Assembly (NCBI RefSeq): GCF_023055435.1
Contig: NW_025964361.1
Coordinates: forward strand, 15,996,001-16,060,000
DNA from: Haliotis rufescens
Taxonomy: Eukaryota
DNA: 64,000 nt
Direction: 5' to 3'
Every line of letters starts with the position of its first letter. The first letter of the stretch is position 1. A program made the position numbers and the translations under genes. Shown here one piece after another: positions 53,279-64,000 of the stretch. The notes under the pieces were generated by a model. That model worked only from the letters and a program-made list of their open reading frames with translations, did not search any database and was not told the origin of the DNA.

Positions 53279-56200
53279 CACCAACACACCGTGATATACC
53301 ACCTCACACACCCTCGATCATTACACCAACACACCATGATAAACCACCACTACACCAACACAACATGATATACCACCACTTCACCAACACACCGTGATAT
53401 ACTACCACATTACCAACACACCGTGATATACCACCACTACACCAACACATCATGATATACCACCACTACACGAACACAGCATGATATACCACCACTACAC
53501 CAACTACCATGATATGCCACCACTACACGAACACAGCATGATATACCACCGCACTACACCATGACATACCGCCTCACTACACCATGATATACCACCACCC
53601 AACCAACACACCATGATATACCACCGCACTACACCATGACGTACCACCTCACTTCACCATGATATACCAGCACTCCACCAACACACCATGATATACCACC
53701 TCACTACACCATGATATACCACCTCACGTCACCATGATATACCACAACTCCACCAACACACCATGATATATCACCACTCCACCAACACACCATGAAATAC
53801 CACTTCACTACACCATGATATCGCATCACTACACCAACACAGCTTGATATACCACCTCACTACACCATGATATACCACCACTACACCAACACACCATGAT
53901 ATACCACCTCACTACACCATGATATACCACCACTACACCAACACACTGTGATATACCACCACTACACCAACACACTGTGATATACCACCACTACACCAAC
54001 ACACCATGATATACCACCACTACACCAACACACTGTGATATACCACCACTACACCAACACACCGTGATATACCACCACTACACCAACACACCGTGATATA
54101 CCACCACTACAATAACACCATGATATACCACCACTACACCATGATATACCACCTCACTACACCAACACACCATGATATACCACCACTACACCAACACACC
54201 ATGATATACCACCACTACACCAACACACCATGATGTACCACCACTACACCAACACACCGTGATATGCCACCACTGCACAACATACTATGATATACCACCA
54301 CTACACCAACACACCATGATATACCACCACTACACCAACACACCCTGATATATCACCACTACACCAACACACCGTGATATACCACCACTACACCAACACA
54401 CCGTGACATACCACCGCTAGATCTACACACCGTGATATACCAACACTACAATAACACCATGATATACCACCACTACACCATGATATACCATCTCACTACA
54501 CCAACACACCATGATATACCACCACTACACCAACACACCGTGATATACCACCACTACACCAACACATCGTGACATACCACCACTACATCTACACACCGTG
54601 ATATACAACCACTACACCAACACACCGTGATATACCACCACTACACCAACACACTGTGATATACCACCACTACACCAACACACTGTGATATACCACCACT
54701 ACACCAACACACTGTGATATGCCACCACTACACTAACACACCGTGATATACCACCACTACACCAACACACCGTGACATACCACCACTACATCAACACACC
54801 ATGATATACCACCACTACACCAACACACCGTCATATACCACCACTGCACAACACACTATGATATACCACCACTACACCAACACACCATGATATACAACCA
54901 CTACACCAACACACCATGGTATACCACCTTGATCACGACACCAAGACACCGTGATATACCACCACTACACCAACACACCATGATATACCACCACTAACCC
55001 AACACACCGTGACATACCACCACTACACCAACATACCATGATATACAACCTCACTACACCAACGCACTATGATATGCCACCACTTCACCAACACACCGTG
55101 ATATACCACCACTACCCCAACACACCTTGATATACCACCACTGCACAACACACTATATAATACCACCTCACTACACCAACACAACATGATATACCACCAC
55201 TACACCAGCACACCATGATATACCACCACTACACCAACACACCATGATGTACCACCACTACACCAACACACCGTGATATGCCACCACTGCACAACATACT
55301 ATGATATACCACCACTACACCAACACACCATGATTTACCACCACTACACCAACACACCCTGATATACCACCACTACACCAACACACCGTGATATACCACC
55401 ACTACACCAACACTCCGTGACATACCACCACTAGATCTACACACCGTGATATACCAACACTACAATAACACCATGATATACCACCACTACACCATGATAT
55501 ACCATCTCACTACACCAACACACCATGATATACCACCACTACACCAACACACCGTGATATACCACCACTACACCAACACATCGTGACATACCACCACTAC
55601 ATCTACACACCGTGATATACAGCCACTACACCAACACACCGTGATATACCACCACTACACCAACACACTGTGATATACCACCACTACACCAACACACTGT
55701 GATATACCACCACTACACCAACACACTGTGATATGCCACCACTACACTAACACACCGTGATATACCACCACTACACCAACACACCGTGACATACCACCAC
55801 TACATCAACACACCATGATATACCACCACTACACCAACACACTGTGATATACCACCACTACACTAACACACCGTGATATACCACCACTACACCAACACAC
55901 CGTGACATACCACCACTACATCAACACACCATGATATACCACCACTACACCAACACACCGTCATATACCACCACTGCACAACACACTATGATATACCACC
56001 ACTACACCAACACACCATGATATACAACCACTACACCAACACACCATGGTATACCACCTTGATCACGACACCAAGACACCGTGATATACCACCACTACAC
56101 CAACACACCATGATATACCACCACTAACCCAACACACCGTGACATACCACCACTACACCAACATACCATGATATACAACCTCACTACACCAACACACTAT

Positions 56201-56503
56201 GATATGCCACCACTACACCAACACACCGTGATATACCACCACTACCCCAACACACCTTGATATACCACCACTGCACAACACACTATATAATACCACCACT
56301 ACACCAACACACCATGATATACCACCACTACACCAACACACCATGATATACCACCTTGATCACGACACCAAGACACCGTGATATACCACCACTACATCAA
56401 CACACCATGATATACCACCACTAACCCAACACACCGTGACATACCACCACTACACCAACATACCATGATATACAACCTCACTACACCAACACACTATGAT
56501 ATA
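53279..56503. repeat. 29-bp C/A-rich minisatellite, ~110 copies, with ~1-kb higher-order duplication
   Basis: Unit acacc(a/g)tgatataccaccactacaccaac; rare variants recur at a 1014-bp offset (tgatgt 54231/55245; ctagatct 54417/55431). Confidence 0.96.
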
Positions 56504-56859
56504 CACAATTCCATCTTCTGCTGCCTGTACCTGTCAAATAACCCGCATCTCAATCGTGAAATAATCTAAGGACTTCTACCATAGTAAACGCTACTCATGT
56601 AAAGGAACATTTTCAAAGTGGCTGACGTGATTGAACGTAGTAAGCATTGTGAGCTGTGGCATATTCCGTTTGAAATAAGGCGCAATATATTTACCTATGG
56701 AGTGTATTTATAGAACGAACTAGTCTATATTACTAACGATGTTGAAATACATTGTCCGCCAAAAAGAGACAACTTAGTCATTAATCTACATTCATGCTCT
56801 GTACCACGCAGTATTTCACACGTGAGTACTGCCCCCTCACACCAGTATGTTTATCATTC

Positions 56860-57126
56860 TACGTTAAGTCCGCCCTCTAATCTCTCCCGTGACACAGGCC
56901 GTGACAAGAAGGTGGGGCAGCTACTCGCCGCACTGCCTGTAACGACCATGTGTAACTGGTCACCGTGCATGTGACGGCGGGATTGGTCACAAAGTTGTGC
57001 AAAAGTTGTTCATTTCAATCACAGTTTAGCTTTGAGTTTAGCATTTTGTTTAAGCTGGGCATCGTGGCAATACAACTCCCCAGCTGCCATGTAGATTTAC
57101 TGAATGGAAACTTTGTGAAGGTAAGT
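56860..57126 (+). promoter_or_regulatory. Candidate promoter and non-coding first exon ending at a consensus donor (GAAG|GTAAGT, GT at 57121)
   Basis: GC-box-like gtccgccc at ~56867, reverse CCAAT (attgg) at ~56983, perfect donor; link to the GT31 gene is inference. Confidence 0.4.
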
Positions 57127-59109
57127 TTGTTGGTGACAAGGAGATGCGGACGGGTGATAGAGAGATACCTTGCGTCCAGGGTGTGGACCGTACGAACAAA
57201 CATGATGTGTACAGTAGTGTGTGTGTACGCCACAGCAACATGCTGCCCAGACACACGGGGCGTGCACTGTACATCTTACACTGACATATTGTACAAGGAT
57301 GTGTGGTAGCGTTTTCAGGATCTGGCCGGGTTTTCAAGCCTACATTACATTAATCTCTAACGCGGATTTTAATTACATCTGGAGTTGCCTGACTTATTTT
57401 CTTTTCTTTTGACACTTAAGTGAATTATTGCACATGTTGTCGAACCCGTTTCCTATGATTTGAGGACGTGTGGTAATCGAGACCCGATTTACGTTGACAC
57501 ATGACAGAATGGTAGGAAATTAACTATTGTACATTTTCAGATATATAATATGGATAATTCCTGTAGAAAATAATGTTAATAATGCTGTGCTACATTATGT
57601 TACCGGTAACGATGTACCTGTTAAAGTTTTCATATACAACTTTGATGAGAAAAACTAAAAAAGGAAGAAAAATATATATCCATGTTCATTGCTCTCTATT
57701 TCATGTAACTCCGTCAGTATGTATTAAAAAAATATGTGCAAGCATATTCGTTCAGGACCCCACACTAATTTAAAGAGCATCGTCATCAGAAAACACACTG
57801 TACATGCACACGCTAAGGTGATTCACACAGTATACATACAGACTACGAACAGTTTTGGAATATCTTTCAAATAATGTCCACAAAAACACTTTGTCAAACA
57901 TTAAAGGTGGGGATGCACTTGTTTTACAGATTATCAAGAAAATATTCTCGTAACTCTGGGCTCGTACCGACAGTAGCTCGAGTGTCTCATGAACATACTT
58001 ACCTTTGGATGCACGGTCACATGACGGCTTATCCGCCATGCGAGAAGCACAAGCCACACCATGTATTTACACATTTACAATACTGGCAACTTGTGTTACA
58101 CTGTCACATATGATTTGTGCTCAAGTATACTTCAGTGTTGTTATTGTATCTGTGCTGTGATATTTGGATATAGATTTTGAAATATACATGTTATGTTTGC
58201 ACGGTTTTCTTTCTCGTGAAATGTAACAGTAAAAGTTGATGTATTCCAAATACAAAAGTTCCGCAATAGCACGCTCTTGTAACTGGGGCCTAAATATAAT
58301 GGATATAAACACGATAAGTTCGCACACATGGCTATATACACGGAATATCTGCATAATTCGAGGAACATTTTAGACATCTGATTGGATTTAACGATGAAAT
58401 CGTCAAGTAACAAATAACCTTTTGAAGATCAACCGCCGTGCTTGAACACGAGCCATGAAAAGGAAAAATAATTCTAAATGAGGTTTGGGAAGGATTAAGG
58501 TGTTTTAGCTGTTTACAAAACCCGCTTCCTTATATAACTGAGAGGGGACACAAGGCCCTTTCTATCACTGGAAGAGGGGAACACAGGAAATTATCAACTA
58601 TTGTTAGAATCTCGATAAACAATACCATGTTTGTACTGTATGCTCTATCATTTGCTGAAGTTTACAAAAAATCTGGTCAGAAATCGCACACCGGCCTTGA
58701 AGAAACAGTCCATTCATACCTGTTTGCATACACCGCTTAACGCACCGGAGGAACGCTGTTCCCATTGGTTACTTGCCACACCGTCTGAACAGTGACTTCA
58801 TGCCATGTCTGAATGTAGGAATGACGCTTCTTGTTGGTGTACGAGGGAGAAAGATCAAAATAACCGAGTTTTCATTATACTGAGAAGACAAATTGTGTAC
58901 TTGTGTGTCGACAGAGGAAGGAACTCTACACAAATACCGGAATTGTCACACACAGATACATGTACCTAGCCCGGGGACGTTCATGTCTTGTATTACCAAC
59001 ATCTTGTGTTGGATAAATGTCGGTGGGCCAGCTGTGGACTTTTGTTGCAAATAAATCTATCATCTGGTTTATCAACGTGAACACGCCCCACTCTCCATCA
59101 CGGAGCCGT

Positions 59110-59182
59110 TTGTGTGTGTGTGTGTGCCTGCGTGCGTGCGTGCGTGCGCGTGCGTGTGTGCGCGTGCGTGAGTGTGTGTGTG
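59110..59182. repeat. (TG)n/(CGTG)n microsatellite
   Basis: Direct observation. Confidence 0.92.
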
Positions 59183-59299
59183 AACGAAAAGAGATAAGGG
59201 GTCAGTAGAACAGACATAAAAGACCAAACGATCAGATAAATTGATCACTCAAACTGATCGTTCTTTCTAATCCACCTATAGTTGAGTTCTCCTCCATCT

Positions 59300-59478
59300 G
59301 GTAATAGAAGCCACAGCGTCTCGTGACAGTCACGTGAATTGTAGATCCGAGCGGGCCATGTGAGGACGTTGTATAGCGGACTTCCTACACACACATCTAG
59401 GCAGTAGGAACTACTGTCACAGTAAGCCGACTTCAGTGTGGCCCTTTTGATTCAAACGCTGGTTTCGCTTAAGTAAGT
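59300..59478 (+). promoter_or_regulatory. Candidate alternative non-coding exon ending TAA|GTAAGT (GT at 59473)
   Basis: CpG-containing stretch with an E-box, then a donor-like site followed by an abrupt shift to T-rich intron-like sequence. Confidence 0.35.
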
Positions 59479-60423
59479 AATACCACTTCCATGACACAAC
59501 CTCACTCGTACTGTTTTATTTGTGTTTAAGTTTCATCAAGTTTAATACTATTCTTCTTCTGTTATATTCTTTGTTTCAAATCTTATCATTTCACACACAT
59601 ACACGTGGAAATACGCGTAAGACGTTGTAGGTCGTAAAGACTTGGCTGCCATGTCGCTTCAACTTTACTGAATTAACGATATGTGATTCGTTTTACTGTT
59701 GGGAAAATTCTATAAATTCCGTATTAGTCATTTTCCTGAATGTAATCTGGAGGTTGTGTTATCAAAAAAGCACCTGGTGCATCTGGTATGTGGGCCTACC
59801 GGGCGACAATAGGAGGATTACAGCACGTTATGAGCACGTGCTGACTATCTGACACCTTCAATTGATCTTTGTTCATTCTACTTATACAGATAACAATCAT
59901 GATTCATAAAAATCATATCCCCCACAGTGCGTGATAATTACAGCACGTGATCTGTGCGGTTTTGAGGGGAGGTTTAACAGACATAAATTCCAATGTTTCC
60001 CCCAGTCTTGACTACACGACCTTTTAGCTGTCGATGTTACTATCAGTATTGACTCCTTCGAAAGCCATCGTCAGTTGATTCTGCTGACCTCTGGGTGTAT
60101 CCTCCACATATTGCAAATACCATCTATCTGGTAACAGGCATTGTCATCCAAACAGTTGGCCAGTTGACCTCGTTATGTACATCGCCATTGTGACCCGGAC
60201 GTCGTGTACTTGGGGAATGGGTAACATGGCAGTTCCACAGCGTATTCAATGGACGATGACATCTTCACACTATTCCTCAGATGGACATTCTTCCCCTATT
60301 GTGTGAACAGGAAACTCTTTAAAACATGGTTGATATGGATACGCTTTGCTATATATAACGCTGCAAGCATTGTTTAAACAGGATGAAGTAGGACAATAAC
60401 AATGTGGATTTGGCTGATATGGG

Positions 60424-60440
60424 CTTCTTTCTTCCTGCAG
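60424..60440 (+). promoter_or_regulatory. Splice acceptor for the GT31 coding exon (exon starts 60441)
   Basis: cttctttcttcctgcag|G: strong polypyrimidine tract plus CAG, 156 nt upstream of the ATG. Confidence 0.7.
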
Positions 60441-60596
60441 GACAAAGATGGCCGTCCACTTCCTTTTCGTCAGATTCGTTCACGCTGACCTTCGGCCGAC
60501 AACATTGGAGAAGGAGAGGTGACGCCATGAGTGTTGCTTGTGCCCAATCTACCACCGACTAGTCCGATGAGTGAAGTAATTCCGTGAACAGCGAGA

Positions 60597-61805
60597 ATGG
60601 GAAGGATACGATTTTCCACATATCTTCGGATAAAACAGGTTCTTGTGACGTGCGTGACGGCTATTTGTGTCGTTACTGTGTTGATTGCGACAGGCTTTAC
60701 CTCCCACACGACTTTCACCAATCGCAGATATCACATGACTGAATTGTCGGATTACGTCAGTAAAAAGTTTCCATTTGGAGGAAACGAACTGACGGCCTTA
60801 AATACTAGTGAATACACCTCCCAGCCTGTGGCAACCTCAACTAAACCTCCTGTTATGAAGGATACATTTCGGGACTTTTTCGATTTGAGACCAGTAGTTC
60901 ATCCCTTTCGAACCTCACGAAAACATCCCTTTCTGCCAGATATCGTGCTGTCAAATGATATTTGTAATGGCTCCAAAGTGGATATACTCATATATTTCAA
61001 TAGTGCTTGTGATAATTTTCAAAGAAGGAGAATTCTCAGAGAAACTTGGGCCCACAGGAATGTCTTTAAGGATATAACTGTCCGAGCGATATTTATATTG
61101 GGCCTTCCTTCCAAAAGAGACACGCAGCTACGTTTAAATAACGAGAATACCGTTTACGGAGACCTAGTTCAGGGTGACTTCACCGATTCATTCCGTAACC
61201 TCACATATAAGGCACTGACTGCCATAAAATGGATCAACGATAATTGTGCGCAGGCGCGTTACGTCATTAAATCGGATGATGATATGTTCGTGAATATGTT
61301 TATGGTTGTTGAGGATTTTCTTCCTATGATATGCAAGAAACAGCGAACAGTAGTTTGTCATTACAAGAAACACGGGACCAGTGTCATTATCAGGAATCCG
61401 AAAGACAAGTGGTATGTTCCGCCAGACGTTCTGCCGGATAAAACAACTTTTCCAGATTTCTGTTCCGGTTACGTTGTGATAATGACAACTGACAGTATCC
61501 CATTACTATATGAATCGTCTTTTCAAGCTCCTTTAATATCTATTGACGATGTTTATATGTTCGGGGTTCTCCCCCTGTTCTCCAGGAAGCTGAACTATGT
61601 GGATGGCTCCAAGTACTTCACACTCAACAATAAGGTAGCACTAGAACAGTACAAGAGCACCAAACCAATAACCTATATAGTGGCTAATGCATGGCAAGAT
61701 GGCTCCCAGGAGACCTACTGGGCATCGACCATCAATCGACTCTCATTGTGGGCTAAGCGACATGCCAGTATTGTCGTACTTCGAAATAGCATGGGACCAA
61801 AATAG
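60597..61805 (+). CDS. Beta-1,3-galactosyltransferase family protein (CAZy GT31, Galactosyl_T domain; B3GALT1/5-like), type II Golgi membrane protein, 402 aa
   Basis: Short basic N-tail plus TM helix (VLVTCVTAICVVTVLIATGF) and stem; GT31 motifs NFQRRRILRETW, FILG, ENTVYGDLVQGDFTDSFRNLTYK, KSDDDMFVN (DxD), KWYV, FPDFCSG, IDDVYMFG; uninterrupted CDS as is typical for this family. Confidence 0.96.
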   Translation: MGRIRFSTYLRIKQVLVTCVTAICVVTVLIATGFTSHTTFTNRRYHMTELSDYVSKKFPFGGNELTALNTSEYTSQPVATSTKPPVMKDTFRDFFDLRPVVHPFRTSRKHPFLPDIVLSNDICNGSKVDILIYFNSACDNFQRRRILRETWAHRNVFKDITVRAIFILGLPSKRDTQLRLNNENTVYGDLVQGDFTDSFRNLTYKALTAIKWINDNCAQARYVIKSDDDMFVNMFMVVEDFLPMICKKQRTVVCHYKKHGTSVIIRNPKDKWYVPPDVLPDKTTFPDFCSGYVVIMTTDSIPLLYESSFQAPLISIDDVYMFGVLPLFSRKLNYVDGSKYFTLNNKVALEQYKSTKPITYIVANAWQDGSQETYWASTINRLSLWAKRHASIVVLRNSMGPK

Positions 61806-62331
61806 TGTGAATCCATCTAAGTCTATGTTGAAATGATCATAGCAATGGTGGTGTGCGGGGTGTTCTGCGGATATACGTCTGCCACGAAGAGTACAGGCGC
61901 TCTCTCAACAATAAGTTTATCGAAAATAATCATCTGAGAATACTTGAGGTAGAATTATTCTCACACTTTCACACAGAGCTATCATGTTCCTGTTCCGGAA
62001 ATAACGCAAGAATGAAACCTGTATGTGCATGCATCTTGGCAATAATTAGACCCATTCAACCAGTGGGATAACAGGAATATCAGTGTTTCTGTATAGCGTC
62101 AGATTGTCTGACGTCATTGGCTATATTCCTTGGTGGAAACACCATCTCAGAACTGCGTCACATGTCATATGATCTCAGTTGTCAGACACCAGCGTCATGG
62201 TGGTGTCTGCAAGCAAAGGTGCACATTTCAAGATATGAACTTACATTTTTACTGCGAGAACTAAACCGTGATCATTGTACGAGAGACAACACATATGTAT
62301 CATATCGCCACGTTGATACATTCGTATCATG

Positions 62332-62358
62332 TCAGTCAGTCAGTCAGTCAGTCAGTCA
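62332..62358. repeat. (GTCA)n microsatellite
   Basis: Direct observation. Confidence 0.9.
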
Positions 62359-62502
62359 AAATTACCTCTGCCCTACACGTGTCATATACCTAAACCCTTG
62401 TTAATTAATAGTCGCAGTCCTGTTGAAAACTTACTGGCAATACTCCATAACGTTGATATTTGACCATGCCAAGTCTTGTTCTCGTAATACTAAGAGCCGT
62501 GC

Positions 62503-62656
62503 ATTTAAGAAATAAACGATTCGTGGTCGTTGTTTATCGTACAATAAAACACTGAGTAAGAATAAACCATGAGGGTCGTAGACCCGAGAGTTTCATTCTT
62601 CCCGCAGTGTTTTATTGTACGATAAACAACGACAGCGAATCGTGTATTGCTTATAT
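62503..62656. repeat. Long imperfect palindrome (~70-bp arms, ~7-nt loop), probably a palindromic non-autonomous element
   Basis: taagaaataaacgattcgtggtcgttgtttatcgtacaataaaacactg...ggg pairs with ccc...cagtgttttattgtacgataaacaacgacagcgaatcgtgtattgctta. Confidence 0.9.
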
Positions 62657-64000
62657 GAGATATTATTTTATGTACAGCCTCTTTAAGGATGTTACTAAAA
62701 TGTACAAGAATCCATATTGAACATATTTACCCGTATTTAAATAATGACGACTTCCTAAATAGAATCCGTACTCGGTGATGTCGGACAAGTCCATTCTATG
62801 AACAGGGGGTTAAATTTGGACTTTCCCGCATACATGTATTCTCACATTACCTGTACCGTTTCTCCCAATACCGATTGTCATATCTCGCCCACATTTGGAC
62901 GCGATCGTTCAGCTATTACGTTTATCTACGTTGCCAAACTACATCACCCTAACAACTCACGAGACACTTCCCTCTAAAAAATAACGTCTTCCAATTTACG
63001 ACGTCATCTAATTGTGAGCGCATATTCGAATCTCCGGAAATGACGTCATTATAGAACAATGTTTTTCGTGAATTAAACCACGCTTCGTTTTATCGCTTAG
63101 CTATCTTATATTGGCGGATATTGCAAAGCTACCAATTCCCATACATACAGTGATGTCCAAAGGCAGGATGATTCTGTATCGAATGCCTTCACAAGCGTAG
63201 TTCAATTGCTCATTAAAGAATAGTATTAAATATGTATAACCTCATTGCCGAAATAATTAACTTTTTTAAGAACCGCTACATATTTGATTTGTATTTGTCA
63301 AGAGTTCGGTCGTCCAGTTGCTGTTTTGAGTACACTATGCAAAGAAGACGCGAGACTCATTGACTCGTTCATGTTTCTGGTTCATAATTCGTAACCTGTG
63401 AGTGATTCGTCGCCAGTCAATGGCAGACAGTAACAGCAAAGCAGTTCTTTGAAGTTTTGACCAATACCTTTGCAAAGGGCCAATAAACTATGTGAACCAC
63501 ACATCGCCACTTCTTCAATACTGACATCGTTATGATGAATCCACGTATTCAAAATAGTTTACAGGTGTGGCACACAAATATTGTAAACATTGTATCCTAT
63601 TGACATACATTCCTGCCAGATACAGAGAATATCGCGAGTTGGCAACGTTTCCTTGCAGCATCTGGAACACAACAGCGTACGTACTTTATACCACATTAAC
63701 ATTAACGAAGGTTTACGATTTGAATTGGCAATACGCTTCCCATTTCATCAGGTCATATGAGGTGAAGTGAAATGGAGGTTTATATCGCGGTCAAGATTAT
63801 TGTACTAAGAAAGCACGTGCATGCACGTGTGTGTGAGTGTGGCAGCTTGTACTAGTCCGGTGCTACACCTTCACTCGATAAGGCTAGATCTGCAGCGGTC
63901 GCGGGAGCCAGGTTGCTGTAACACTAGGATAAGGTAAATCGCTGCCACAAACATCTTTGTGCGGTAGTAGGAAACTTTTCACTGATGTTTCCAGCACATT

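Noticed and set aside
51608-53368. 586-aa T/H/P/Y-rich ORF
   Set aside because: The 32-bp unit is not a multiple of 3, the translation rotates through frames, and the low G/T content explains the lack of stops.
1-56503. CRISPR arrays
   Set aside because: All arrays are head-to-tail repeats without unique spacers, there are no cas genes, and the context is eukaryotic.

Overview
Eukaryotic, repeat-rich animal genomic DNA. It is probably a gastropod mollusc (abalone-like); this is inferred only from the tRNA-derived SINE types and was not checked by any search. About 46% of the window (~30 kb, hand-summed) is 17 largely unrelated tandem-repeat arrays with 22-156 bp units, and these produce nearly all of the very long ORFs in the ORF track. 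Only one convincing protein-coding sequence is present: an uninterrupted GT31 beta-1,3-galactosyltransferase-family CDS (60597..61805, +), with candidate non-coding 5' exons, uORFs and a downstream palindrome. Mobile DNA includes a decayed Academ-like TIR transposon (~2127..6178) holding a nested MITE and a SINE with a 14-bp TSD, a complete non-autonomous Helentron/HINE element, a mariner relic and several SINE copies. Leads most worth testing: (i) ~173-bp-spaced CTCF+YY1-like motif pairs in the Academ subterminal repeats; (ii) a speculative 1366-codon minus-strand frame through the 81-bp array whose only internal stops are TGA, one of which alternates with TGC (Cys); (iii) a 2-kb G-quadruplex-motif minisatellite; (iv) minisatellites abutting truncated transposon ends. 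No prokaryotic systems or CRISPR arrays are supported.
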